DNA of 64,000 bases from Chrysomallon squamiferum. Taxonomy: Eukaryota; Animalia; Mollusca. The notes below the pieces were generated by a model. The model saw only the letters and a program-made list of their open reading frames with translations. It was not told the DNA's origin and searched no databases. The translations under genes and the position numbers were made by a program. The stretch covers positions 2,232,001 to 2,296,000 of the forward strand of contig CM022677.1 of NCBI GenBank assembly GCA_012295275.1, given 5' to 3'. Positions 24,727 to 38,039 of this stretch are shown here, piece after piece (position 1 is the first letter of the stretch; each line of letters opens with the position of its first letter).

Positions 24727-27700
24727 TTCATTATTTCCATTCTTCCATTAGCATTGTTTCAGTCTTGTATCTGGTGTCTACATTCAATAAATTTTCTTTA
24801 TCTTATGATTTTTTCTTCTTATTATTATTTGTTTATTTATTTGTTATTCCTTTACTTCTACATTTGTTTTCTATCATAACATTATTAATCCATACAAAAA
24901 GCTGTTAATCCATACAACACACTGAGGATTTTTTTTTTTTTTTTTTAACTCTAATTTACTCAGTCTTTTAGGTTTACTTTTACAGTAGGTCCATTATAGC
25001 ATCACATATATTCATTAAGTTCAACTTTTATAAGTAAAATTAGACAATTTTATCATCCATTAGTTTAAAGCATGTTTATCATTTCTTCATCCACATCTGT
25101 TTTCATCATCTATATTAAACTTTATTTTTTTACTTAAACAAATTCTTGTTTTTTGTTTCAGCATTTTATTTTTTTATTATTATTATTATTTTTATTAGTA
25201 GTAGTAGTATCATCATCATCATTATCATCAATCATCATCATTATCATTATTATTATTAATGTTTACACTTATTTTCTATCATAATATCATTAATCCACAC
25301 AAAAGGCTCTAATAAGACTGAGTATGTCAGCATTTTACACTAATTTACTCAGTCTGTGACGTTTACTTTTACATTTCTCATATTTTCTGATCATACAGAT
25401 AAATTAAAAAAAAAAAAATGAAACAAAATGTCTTCATTTTAATCCTCTTCATCATCATCCTTATTATTATCACATTATTACAGGACTGTAATATCTTAAA
25501 TTATCTTTCTGGTTAAATTTTATTTTTAATCTTTATTTGCAGGTTGTGTTTTTGTTAAATTAGCTTGCTCACCTGGTTATTAATTTTCATGTTTTAAAAT
25601 CTCTGCTAATTATTTTTGTCTAAACTAAATTAAGCCATTGCTTAATTAAATGGAGCAGAAATATTGAAATCTGTTTTTCTTAGATCTTTAAGCTTTAGCA
25701 GGAATTATTCTTTCATTATATTTGATTTTCTTATTACTGTTTGTTTTTAAAAGATGCATAGTTTTTATAAGTGATTTGTTTTTTGTTTATTTTTATTTTA
25801 TTCAAATTGCAATAAATTTTTAAGTTTTTGTAAGAGAATTATCTTTCTGATCTGATCTAACTGATAGATAATTGTTATTTATTGTTAGAAAGTTGTAGAA
25901 ATATCTGAGAGGGGAAGTTGCAGAGTTAAATCTATCAAGTATGTGTGAGTGTCTATAACTTTTATTTTATGTTGTTGTTATTACTGAAAAACAATCAGCA
26001 TTAGTTACTTCAGAATTTTATATGTAATGTAATTATATTTGTTTTACTTTTTATACATTATTGCCATCTTAATACAATTTATTTTTCTGTTTATTGATTT
26101 ATGGTGTATTTAAAGATATTTTTATTGATCAACTTATTTTATTTATTTTTATTGATTTATTGATTTATTTATTTGCTTGTTTGTTTGTTTATCTAGGAGC
26201 TGGCTGAGTCTGATGTTAAACACTTTGTAATTCTGTTCTGTGACGGAGGATGTCAGTACAAGGCTTTGTGTTCTTTCACAGCAGAAACTGATGAATTATC
26301 TAAATTTGTGGTGTGGGACCTGAAGAAATACCCAATAAAATGATTCATAGGTTTTATAAGTAAGTACATATTTAATATTTTATAAATAGTTTTGGTTATT
26401 TTTACACATTTTTATATCAATGAAATGATTTATAGGTTTTATAAGCAAGTACATATTTAATATTTTTTATTTCATACTAAATATTACCACGAATACAGAG
26501 TCTTGAAAAGGAAGTGTATTTTTATATTATTTTAAATCTGTCTTCATCTTTATAAATTTGTACATTCATCAACATGCAACTCATTAATATAATAAATGCT
26601 TTAGCAAATAATGTTTTTACTAGTTAGTTATTTATTATTATGTTTTTTAATATAAAATGATGCCATTTTTGTTAAATATCAATACTGACTAAGTGAAATG
26701 TAGGTGTTTTTGACAAGATTTAAATATTTGTACATGTCAGTGAAAAAAAGGGTATAGCCTATAACAAGACGTTAATCAATATACTTTAGTGGATAACAGT
26801 GAAAATAAAAAATGTATAACTATATAATTTCTTATACTTAAAATTCAATTTCTTTTCTTTTTTTCTTTTTTTGTAATTTATTAATTATCTCACTGAAATG
26901 AACTCTTAAGATTAAAATATTTCAAAAAGAATTTAAGAATGTTTCTGTGATAAGGAATTACTTAATACTAATGAGTTATTGTTTTATTTATTTATAAATT
27001 AATTAATATTATTTTGTTTTTCTCACAGATATAGTTATGTGGCTAAAAGTTTCACTGATATCAACCAAACATTTATCTGTGTCCATTGATGCTGTTGTTA
27101 TTCAGAATTATCTCTGGAAGACTGGGAAACCACAGCAACATCAAAGAAAGTGTATTAGGAAGACATAGATCTCACAACACACATCACCATCATCCTGACA
27201 TCATCAGCAGCTACAGCAGCAGTTGACTCTTTACATCGTTGTCTTGGTTACAATTCTAAATGACAAATGTTTCACAATACCTTGTTTCAGTTCAGGTTTA
27301 ATCTGCATTTTTAAAGATACTTTAAATTCAAGTATGCTGATTTTAAATATGATAATGAAATATGATAATGAACTATGCTAATTTAAATATGCTAACTAGA
27401 ACATGATAGTTTATATCAGATGATTTCAACTTTATAATAGAAATATGCCAGTGGGAAAATGTTAATTTAAATATGCCAATACAAAGATGCTTTTTTTTTC
27501 TTCTTAAAAAGCTAATTTAAAAATATGTTTATTTATTTAAATTCTTGTATATATCAAGAAATGATTAGCTTAAAATAATTAATCATTTTCAGAGCACTCA
27601 GATCTTTAATTCAGAGGATGTGAAATGAAATCTACGATGAGCCCATGATATTTCAAATCACTGTTTGTCAGATGTAGCTGCAAGTTCTGTTATGATTATT

Positions 27701-28438
27701 TTCAACATGATTAATTAGGCTGCATCAAAGCTTGTCCTTTTATTTTTATTTTTTTTATGGATTCAAAACTGATTTAATCCTATAAAAATGTGTAACTCTA
27801 TTTTGCTTCTTAATTATAAATGACTTATTTATTTAAATAAAAAGTAATGTGTTTTATAACTATGGAATTTTCCAGTTGTCTTTCATGATGAATTTATGTT
27901 CTATAGTGCTAAATGTTAAAGAAGAGAAAATTTCAAAGTAAAACTTGTGTAAAAGTAAAGTGTATTGATTCAGATCTGAAGTTTCATTTCACTGTCATAT
28001 TATTTGCATCCATAATGGATGCATAATGAATATTCATAACTACAGATTATATATAAAACACTTTATTTTTTAAAAGTATTTTAGTTACCAAGTTAGAAAC
28101 TAAACCATATAGAAATCTCTAAAACATATAATTTTGAATTATTTTAGATTGATAATAATATTAAGTACATTAATCTAAAAAACAATGTTATATGTTATAT
28201 AGGTGGAGAAATATTAGACTAGCTGTTTCAAAAAACGTGGTATATGTAGTTATAAGTACATAATAACAACAACAAAATAATGAAAAAAATAAATAAATAA
28301 AAAGACAAACAAACAACAGCAAATATAATCCTCTCCTTTAGGTCAGCTGGGAATAATTTAAGTGTGTGTTTTACACTGAATGTGTTGCATGAAGGAAATG
28401 TTTCTTGTAACAACCCTGCACTCTCCATGTTTACAGTT

Positions 28439-28895
28439 TTATGGTGTTGAACACACAGTTAAGTAGAGAACTGTACACTCCACAGTCTTTGTCACAAAGC
28501 TGATTTCAATGAGATATAAATGTTTATCATTATAACTATTAAAGTTATGGTGTTGAACACACAGTTAAGTACAGAACTGTTCACTCCACAGTCTTTGTCA
28601 CAAAGCTGATTTCAATGAGATATAAATGTTTATCATTATAACTATTAAAGTTATGGTGTTGAACACACAGTTAAGTAGAGAACTGTACACTCCACAGTCT
28701 TTGTCACAAAGCTGATTTCAATGAGATATAAATGTTTATCATTATAACTATTAAAGTTAGATATTGAACAAAGTTAATGGAGAACTGTACACTCCACAGT
28801 CTTTGTCACAAAGCTGATTTCAATGAGATATAAAAATCATTATAACTATTAAAGTTATGGTGTTGGACATACAGTTAAGTAGAGAACTGTACACT
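28439..28895. repeat. 106-bp tandem repeat, ~4.3 copies
   Basis: atggtgttgaacacacagttaag... recurs at 28441, 28547 and 28653, then degenerates. Confidence 0.95.
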
Positions 28896-29185
28896 AAAGA
28901 ACGTTCTTTAGCTGTTTTACTTAGATGACAATTCTTATTTACCATTCTGATAACAGTGTTTACAGGTTTATAATAGGAAAGGTTAGGTTTAGGGGTAATT
29001 TAAAAAAAAAAAATAGATTTATGATTATGATTAGCAGTTTCCTCCTTAGTTAGATTTATATTTAAATATCTAGTTATATCAAAAGGCCTTTCAAATGAAA
29101 CTCTTTTGATCAGTGTTAGGATACATTTTTATTGTATTTCAATAAATACTTATTTTTATCATATTGCAACAAACAAGTTTATAGC

Positions 29186-29272
29186 TCGGGTTAGGATGGG
29201 GTTAGGGGTAGATCTAGGACTAGGGCTAGGATCAGGCTTAGGTTTACGTTTAGATCTAGGAGTAGGTTTAGT
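29186..29272 (+). repeat. Degenerate (TTAGGG)-like hexamer tract
   Basis: gggttaggatggggttaggggtagatctaggactagggctaggatcaggcttagg...; a short related tract lies at 28981-28996. Confidence 0.7.
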
Positions 29273-29414
29273 AGCTATTTATTTGAAGAGAATTAACAAA
29301 TAAAACTTTGAAATTTTTGTATCTGTATGTGTGTGTCTATGGACATATATAAATATGTATGTATGTGTGCATATATATATATATATATTAGTATATATAT
29401 ATATATTAGTATAT

Positions 29415-29462
<48 letters not shown>

Positions 29463-29549
29463 ACATATATACATATATGTATATAGTTTAGGATTTTGAA
29501 TATTTTCTGTTGTATGTACGGCTGAACAGACTCTGCACACAGACAATAT

Positions 29550-29671
29550 TTGTGAACGCACTGGTAGGACAAAGTCCAATCACAACCTCACAAACCCGTC
29601 AGGTGCCGCTGACAAGACTTGAACGTGTGACACCCATTCACCCGCACTCCGAAGGCGGACAACGTTACCGT
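29550..29671 (-). mobile_element. tRNA-derived SINE head
   Basis: Reverse strand reads cggtaacgttgtccgccttcggagtgcggg...cacacgttcaagtcttgtcagcggcac, with a partial box A and box B (gttcaagtc). It is CpG-rich compared with its flanks. Confidence 0.6.
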
Positions 29672-32600
29672 ATGTTTGTGTGTGTTTGTGTTCATGTATG
29701 CATATATACATATAAAATATATATGTGTGTGTGTCTGTAGATAAAGAGATGGGTAGATAAAAAAAATAGAAATATATATATAAAGAGAGAGAGAGAGACA
29801 GACAGAGACGGACAGACAGACAGAGAGAGTCCATGTCTAAAGAGCAGAATAGAAAGAAGAAAATGAAGTAGAATAGATGAGTGCACTTGCACCACTGTAC
29901 TACACTGATATTATACACATTAATTATATTTCACATACAGACAGACATATAGACAGGTGAACATTGATAAACAATGTAAATAGTTTTAAAATATAAATGA
30001 AATAATGACTGAAGAATTTAATTTTTATCAGGAAAATATTTTATTGCAGTTTTGTTTTATTACACTGGAGTATGTAGAAATATATTTTAAATATCACAAC
30101 TTCATTAGAAATAAACTACTTTACAAAATAAAAGAATATATATAACATGGGGGAATATTTCAAAAGTAAAATTTATTTTGTAATTTAGCATGTTTAAACT
30201 ATAAAGTAATTCATAATAAAATAAATAACTTCTTTATTTATTATTATTTTCTTTAATGCAAAAGTAAAATAAACAAATTAACAAATTAAATAAAAACACT
30301 ACTATAAAAAAAAAAAAAAAAAAAGTAAATAAAGTAAAGAAATTAAGTAAATCAATTACTTTAAAAAAAATATATTTTAAAGAAGAAGTAAATAAATTTA
30401 TTACTTTAAATAAATAACTCATTTTCTGTTTATGTATCAGTTCGTGTAAGGAAAGAAATGTCTGTACTGCTGAGATTCATACACGTAATAGGTGAACCCA
30501 TTCTCTGTGTCTGTATATATGTAATATGTATGCATATATTTATGGTTGATAACCTTTTTTTTTTTTTGCTGGCATTCTTGAAACATGGCAGAAACTTTTT
30601 TTTTTTTTTTTTTTTTCTGCTGTTGTTGTTGTTCAAATATGGATATTGTTAAAAAAAAAGCTCTAATCGTTAACCAAAATTAACTACTTTATACTTTATT
30701 TCTGTAATGTAATTTTATATATATATATAAATTATAAATTAGATATTATTTGCAGTATTTGTATTATTATTTTATTACATATATCCAGGAGTTACTTATT
30801 TTAAATTAAAACATCTTATGGCCAGTGTTCTTTCTGAGTCATCAAGTGTGGTTTATGAATGTGTGAAAACTGGTTAAATCATGTTCTTTCTGTGTTTTAT
30901 GACTTACAGAAAGGATTTATATAAACGAATATCACTGAAATTTATCACATTTGTTCCATTGACAAAAGAAATGCTGCTATTAGACAAAATACAAACTATT
31001 TATTGTTCTGTACAGCTGTATTTTCAATAGATTCACTCTTCCAAGAATTTATAATAGCATCTGAAGAAATAAGAAATCAAATCTTTTGTCATAAAAGTTA
31101 TTTTTGTACACAGATTATTTTAAACTGTTTATTTCCTGTTATTCTAAAATAATTAGATTCTTTGTAAAAAAAATGGGTAGATCATATCAGCATTCATGAC
31201 CATACAATGTATTCATTAATGTGATTGCAACTGTAACATTTTCAATTGATTCTAAATACAGTTTTCAGTTTAGCTAGCCAAAATCTTTACTGCATTTATC
31301 TAATTTTTTTATTTTAATAATCTTTCAATAGTTTTCTTAAGTCATAAATAACATCTAATTGATAATTTATACATAAACTGGTGTTTCCAGATGAACCTTC
31401 CTTTGTGAGTCTAAAATATTAGACTCGCATTATCTTTGTAAACAGTATAATGTCCAGTGAATTTAAACTTTTTATATGGATGGTTCATTGAATTTTTTAT
31501 ATATTGCCTTGAAAGAATGTTGGTGTGAAATGCTTTAAGTTAAAATGGTAGAAAAACACTATTCACTCTTTATAACAGAACAATAAAAAAAATGTAAGTT
31601 GGTCTTCTTTGTACTGAACCAGTGATACTGATTTAAGCATTTCCACAGACACTTCTAGAAGATTCAGAAATAAAATGATTGAAAACTTCTTCATATAAAA
31701 ATAGAAATATCACCATGTGCATAATTTTAAACTGACAAAATAATTCAAATTGCATGTTCAATGTTTAAAGATGGCTGCCTAAAGGTATCATAATTACAAA
31801 AGCGTGTATCTTAAGTTCGGATTAATATTGTAAAATACATAAGAAATTTACTCTCCTATTAAAAACAAATAATAATAAAAAATAATAAATCTGCAGGAAA
31901 ATTCAGCTAACAATCACAGTGAGACTAGCATCAGCTGCAGCATCAGGCTTCTGTCATGTTTCATTGTAGTTTCAAGGGCAGCTCTCTGTTCTCTCATGAT
32001 ACTTAACTGAAATTCAGCTTCTCTGATATTTGCTCATTGCTTCAAGGACAAGCCTATTTTGATTAGCTTTAAGTTAATATTATGTATCAAGACATTTTTG
32101 TGTCGCCTAGCATCAGAAAAATTACATTTTGTTACTGAACTTTTAAAGTAATCTAGCCATTAATAGCAGTTTACAACTACCATTTACCTATTTAATTGTG
32201 TTAGACTTTTTTCAACTTGTTTTCTTATTACTTTTTTTTTTTTTAATGTAGAATATTAGGAAATCTTCATGAAATGCATTACAAAAAAGAAGGAATATTA
32301 ATCAATATTAACAATATTAACAATATTAACAATATTTTGTTTTTCTGTCACACAGTTTCTGGTTTGTTTCCTGGCACTAGACAGATCCAGTAAAAGGCAA
32401 ACAGAAGATTCTGTAATTAACTATTACTTATTATAAACTTATTTGCAGTAAACAGTAGATCCTTTGCTCCCCCTTTGAAAAATAATCATAAAGCTAAATA
32501 TGTAACAATAGTTAAGAGGAGAACTGTACAAACATCTAGAAGAATATGACAGATAATGGTACCTGAAATGTGTGCATTAAGTGTATGTGAGGGATTGAAC

Positions 32601-32729
32601 TAAAACATCCACTGTGATCTTTGGTTTCACTAAAAATACATAAACACCACTGAGGTTCAGGTTTATTTCTCGTTGTTTAGAATTAAAGTACCTGGGAGCT
32701 GGAAGACACCTGGGATGTTTATAAACACA

Positions 32730-33438
32730 GTCACTGAGACTATCTTAACAAAAGCAAGACAGTAGTGGTCTGTCAGTATTGTTCAGGTGTATGGGATGTT
32801 GTCACTGAGACTGTCTTAACAAAAACAAGATAGTAATGGTCTGTCAGTATTGTTCAGGTGTGTGGGATGTTGTCACTGAGACTATCTTAACAAAAACAAG
32901 ACAGTAATGGTCTGTCAGTATTGTTCAGGTGTGTGGGATGTTGTCACTGAGACTATCTTAACAAAAACAAGACAGTAATGGTCTGTCAGTATTGTTCAGG
33001 TGTGTGGGATGTTGTCACTGAGACTATCTTAACAAAAACAAGACAGTAGTGGTCTGTCAGTATTGTTCAGGTGTGTGGGATGTTGTCACTGAGACTATCT
33101 TAACAAAAACAAGACAGTAGTGGTCTGTCAGTATTGTTCAGGTGTATGGGATGTTGTCACTGAGACTATCTTAACAAAAACAAGACAGTACTGGTATGTC
33201 AGTATTGTTCAGGTGTATGGGATGTTGTCACTGAGACTATCTTAACAAAAACAAGACAGTACTGGTATGTCAGTATTGTTCAGGTGTATGGGATGTTGTC
33301 ACTGAGACTATCTTAACAAAAACAAGACAGTAGTGGCTGTCAGTATTGTTCAGGTGTGTGGGATGTTGTCACTGAGACTATCTTAACAAAAACAAGACAG
33401 TAGTGGCTGTCAGTATTGTTCAGGTGTGTGGGATGTTG
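32730..33438. repeat. 71-bp minisatellite, ~10 copies
   Basis: Unit gtcactgagactatcttaacaaaaacaagacagtagtggtctgtcagtattgttcaggtgtgtgggatgtt, with starts at 32730, 32801 and 32872. Confidence 0.97.
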
Positions 33439-33879
33439 CTACTGTGACTGGGGTGAAAGGCAGCTCAGCACAGAAGACAGAACATCTGGCAAGAGAGAGA
33501 TGTTTGAGTCAATTCTATTCATTTTATTATACATTGTCTATAATATTATACTAGCATCATTAACTGAAAGAATGTAATGAACAAAGAACTTGTGTGGATT
33601 CTATGGGAGACAATCCTAACTTATTACAAATAAGAACTAAAATTTATCATCCAGCAGTGAATAAGAGGAGAAATATTTCCAAGAAAAACTCCTACAATTA
33701 ACAAATCATCACATAAAAAAATAAAAAATAAAATAAAAAAATAATAAATAAATAAAAAATGAGAGGAATCAAAACAGAAACAGTTTTTATTTCAGTATTA
33801 AAAGTAGGAATCAGTAAAATGCCAAAATAAAAATATTGACATATACTATAGTTCTGGCAAAATGTCACGTTTTTCACAC

Positions 33880-33968
33880 AAGAGTAATCCTCTTCTGATT
33901 TACAGAGAGCTCACAGGCACCTTTCTTTCTAGAGGTTCATGTCTTTTTCCTGAAAAAAAAAAAAATTA

Positions 33969-34040
<72 letters not shown>

Positions 34041-36202
34041 TTCAAATGAGATGATTGAAAATAAGTAAAATTCACTTCATGCAGAACCATGAGATTTGTA
34101 CGAGTCTGGTTGTTTACTGATGGGGATGGGTGAGTCTGGTCATTCACTTCTAGGGGCAAGGAGTCTTATCGTCCAGTGCTGGGTTTTACTGGTCATCCAT
34201 TGGCTGGGGGGGGTCTGATCATCTGCTGTTGGAGAAGGGAGAGTCTGGTGAGGGTTGTCTTCTTTCACTCTTTGGTGTGATTATCTTCGTGCTGCAGATA
34301 CTGAAAGGTCTGTGTGGTCTGTCTGTACACATGAGCTGTTTCCTCTGCATCCTCCACACCCAAAATATGAGGCTGAGTGTCTGAAATGCTGGACACCTGC
34401 TAGTGACAGTTTTATATTTTTCTGACTTCCACTTGTCACTGAACAGATGTACTGAGAATGGAGTCAGATGTTCTTCTGGTGACTCCACAAGACTTTCAGA
34501 AGTGGACGATTGTCTCACTGTCATCAGTCAAGTCTTGCCTTGGTCTACATGGGCTTCTTCCCACTGAAACCAAACAACAAAGTTGAACCGGTAAGTTGCA
34601 AATACAGAATTCAGGGAATTTGCTGATTAAAATCACTGTTAGGCACACCAACCTTGACATGAGGCAAAAATAAAGCAGACTTGGCTGCAGAAACTGACTT
34701 TTCATTACCCCTGATACCAATATGACTGAGTATCTCAGAATATTAATAAGAATAATAATAATTAAAAAAAATACTAATTATGTAATAGAAATAAAATAAT
34801 ATAAAACACATGAAAATTGTTTTTATATCATCAAAGGACACTTTAACTATGAATGAATTCTTTATCTGAACATTATCAATGTTTGATGTAACCATGAACT
34901 GTATCATTTTGTAAAACAAAAATTACTTATTTGTGATCATAATTACATAAAAAGAGATACTACAGCAGAAGTAGATTCCCATCACAGAACTTAACCAGCT
35001 GATATGTGAAACATTTACCACCATGTTTTGGTTATTATCTCTGTTTTAAATGTAAGAAGCATAAATAAACTCAAAGGAAGGGAAACAACTGAGAATTTAT
35101 AACAATAACTAAATCAGTTTAACTGTAAGAAACACAAACAAACATAAAGGAAGGGAAAGAACTGAACATTTATAACAAAAAATGTAACTGGTTCATTACT
35201 GGTTTCTGTTGACTACAAATGTTTATCTCAATAAAATAACTCGCAGTAGAAATGTGTGTCAGACATATACATTTCAAATTATATATGACCTATAAATGTA
35301 ATAAACAGCTTGAAGTAGCTTTTAACTGAATGTAATTATGTGTATGTGTGTGTGTGAGTGTGTAAAAAGAAACATCACAGCATCTTACTTGAGATTATGT
35401 CTTCTTCACTCATTCCCATCAGAAATGATCACTGTAATCATCAGAGCTGTCATGTTGTGGTGTAACAAGACTTTGTCCTTGTGTGCTTGCTGCTCCTTAC
35501 AAGTCTGATCCTCATCTGACCCAGTCTGAACTGTTTTGTTACAGTATTGTTCTAAACCCAGGATCTAAGAAAAATATCTTTCATAACAGCAACATACATG
35601 AACACTGATCTTATATAAAAGCCAAAAAGAAAGAGAAAAAAAAAGAAATGTTTGATATAAATACCTCTAGTGGGTCATCCAAATGTCACATCACAATTCA
35701 ACTCTGGATAAGGAATTTCAATAAATGATTTTTTCACTTTTTATACATTGCAAAAGTATAATGAAGAAATATGAGAATTATTACAAGTTATTACAATATT
35801 TATATAGAACAACAACTACAAAAGAAACCCAACAACATAGAAACAAATGCGAATATTAAGAATGTGCACATGATCTGCTGATGAAACCAGGTTACAAATA
35901 GAAAAAATAATACTTTATTGTAAATTGGAAGTTTTATTATAACAATTAGTGAGAACATATTCACACAAACTAAGTTTAACTCAATTACTGACACATGTAA
36001 GAACATAAAGAGAAAGAACTTTACCTACACAAATTAATGTGTCAAACAGTTTCAAGATTCTAACCTAAAATATATTAGAAAAACAACATGAAACACACAC
36101 ACACACACACACACAACCAACCACTCCTTGAAAAAACTTGCCTTATCAGACACATCTACATCAGCTTCCATCTGCAGTAGTGACCAGTCACTTTCAATTT
36201 AC
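33880..36202 (-). pseudogene. Decayed exons of an unidentified gene, possibly ankyrin+SAM (ANKS1/CASKIN-like)
   Basis: Exon ~36142-36202 GKLKV../LLQMEADVDVSDK (ankyrin-like, GC donor). Exon ~35389-35564 ILGLEQYCNK..G.DE../FLMGMSEEDIIS (SAM-like). A large GC-richer Ser/Pro-rich exon lies at ~34075-34565 and a short exon at ~33880-33949. Confidence 0.35.
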
Positions 36203-36321
36203 CTAAACACAGAACAGATTAAGATACTGCAATATCAGTGTCAAACTAATGTTATGTAAGAATGAGTTATTTTGTAATCTCTTCAGGTAGTAAAATAAGC
36301 TACTTTGTACTATGGATTAGA

Positions 36322-36638
36322 CCAATGACAACTTACAGTAAAACCCCCTTCTGCCCTGAAATTGAGTTTTGTGACACAAATGTCTCTGCAGTTCCTAAGA
36401 CTATTCACTACTATCGCTTAGTCTACATGTACTGATTTATGTCACGGCTTTTAGTTCTGTCTGTAAAATGAAGATTAATGTTGCCAATGACAACTTATAG
36501 TTACACCCCCTAGTAAATACCCTACTGCCCTTGAACCAAGAATTGTGATGTAAATGTCTATGCATTTTCTAAATTCACTCTTATTATGGATTAGTCTACT
36601 TACAATGGTTTATGTCACAGCATTTAGTTCTGTCTGTA
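36322..36638. repeat. Old ~160-bp tandem dimer
   Basis: ccaatgacaactta...tttatgtcac.gc.tttagttctgtctgta occurs twice (36322-36465 and 36484-36638), diverged. Confidence 0.8.
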
Positions 36639-38039
36639 GGCCACAACTTAGTGGTTTATATAGTCCATTAATAGCATCATCCCTAACAGTTAAGACCTGT
36701 GTTGTTAAACATATTTTTATAATAATAAAACCTGTGGGTGCAAATTCTATTCTCTGCTAGGAAATCATATGACATTAATATTCTGAATTTGATTTGATAT
36801 ACTACTTCAAACATGATTAGTACAGAGAGAAGTATTGTAAATATAAATTATCCATTTGTTAACAGCTGTGAAATCAAAGAATAAATGAATAAATGAATCT
36901 AGGATCAAAGGAAATAACAGTTGTATAGCTTATTATGAACTGCAAAAGAGTTAGCTGTTGTGAAAATATATATTCAGTAAATTAGTTGGCTATTTCTAAG
37001 AGAGCTGAATTTGTTAATCTTCACAGCTGATATAAAAATGGCCATTGAATATATTCCCCTGTCTATGCATCAATAATCCTTTGCTGCTAACTGGAAAGAG
37101 TAGAACAAGAAGTGATGACATTGATTCTCATTTTTACATCTTTTTTGTACAAGTTTTTACGTGCATATATTGTACACCTCTGTTCTTTTGAATGTAACTT
37201 CAACCCGTATAACTAAATCACAGAAGCTGGCGTAAGCCTCATCATTTCCAGCTGAATAATCTGAACTAAAGGTCAGTGGCTAAGTCTGCGTGGATAGTCC
37301 TGCCTGTGAGAAGCTACATCTAACAGAACATTTTCTGTTGAGAGAAAACATTTTCTAGTGAAAAATATTTGTTATAAACACCTACTATTTAACACTGAAT
37401 AAAATTTAATTGGAAGTCTGTGGTGATGTCATGAAACAAACTAGTTCTGTATATCTCAGTATTGCAAATAATCATTAAAAATAGCAAGAAATACTTTGAA
37501 TTTCAAAATCGAATTTACAAACTGTATTTTCTTATGATGGTTTTAAAAGATATTTCAACTTTATTAGAAATATATATATTTTTTTTCTTCTACAAAATAA
37601 ACTTGTATGTGAAAACAATTATTTCTTCTAATATTGTCTTTATATACCCAAAATTCTTAAAACTTCAGAGAACAATATATATATATATTGTTGTTGTTGT
37701 TCTTTAACATAAGACAATTATTTTTGTCTAGCAGATTTATATCCAACACTCATGTCTTAATCTGTATTTAATACTTTATAAATGTCACTGACTTTGCTAA
37801 CAGCTTCTTTCCATTAAAATCTTTATTCAGTATCAACTGCATATACTTCACTTTGGTATACAAAATGTTACATTAGTTTTCAAAGAGTCACACTTATTTT
37901 ATTTAAATGTTCTCTAATTTTTCCTTTTTTTTTTTTTTCACTTTTGTTGATAATATTAAAATCTTCACTCTGAGTAGTGGCTGACTGTCACTTGAGATCC
38001 AGCAACGTACCACTGCCTTGACAGTAACAGTTTAGTTCA

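Larger units (their letters stand above)
19141..27168 (+). pseudogene. CAMSAP: CAMSAP/Patronin pseudogene, copy 2 (CH region plus C-terminal CKK domain; central coiled-coil exons absent)
   Basis: Same seven exons as copy 1 (19141-22969). Then 23316-23449 (VTISNTTK.SF, cf. VPISNATKRSF), 23934-24032, 26198-26359 (ELAESDVKHFVILFCDGGCQYKAL..ETDELSK..GVGP..I.NKMIHRFYK, CKK) and 27029-27168 (KSFTDI..KHLSVSIDAVVIQNYLW, CKK end). Confidence 0.95.

Noticed and set aside
29186-29272. Telomere or chromosome-fusion scar
   Set aside because: Short and highly degenerate, with no head-to-head TTAGGG/CCCTAA arrangement. More likely an internal microsatellite of an old repeat.
29550-29671. tRNA gene
   Set aside because: Only partial box A/B similarity and no complete cloverleaf. 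It fits a SINE head better.
30850-31700. Possible LINE RT C-terminal relic on the minus strand (LYGHEC, LGRV words)
   Set aside because: Motifs are too short and degraded to support without a search.
14470-33438. Regular arrays (59, 52, 106 and 71 bp; also 44 and 42 bp elsewhere) as CRISPR-like arrays
   Set aside because: The units are head-to-tail with no unique spacers, no cas genes are present, and the context is eukaryotic. They are minisatellites.
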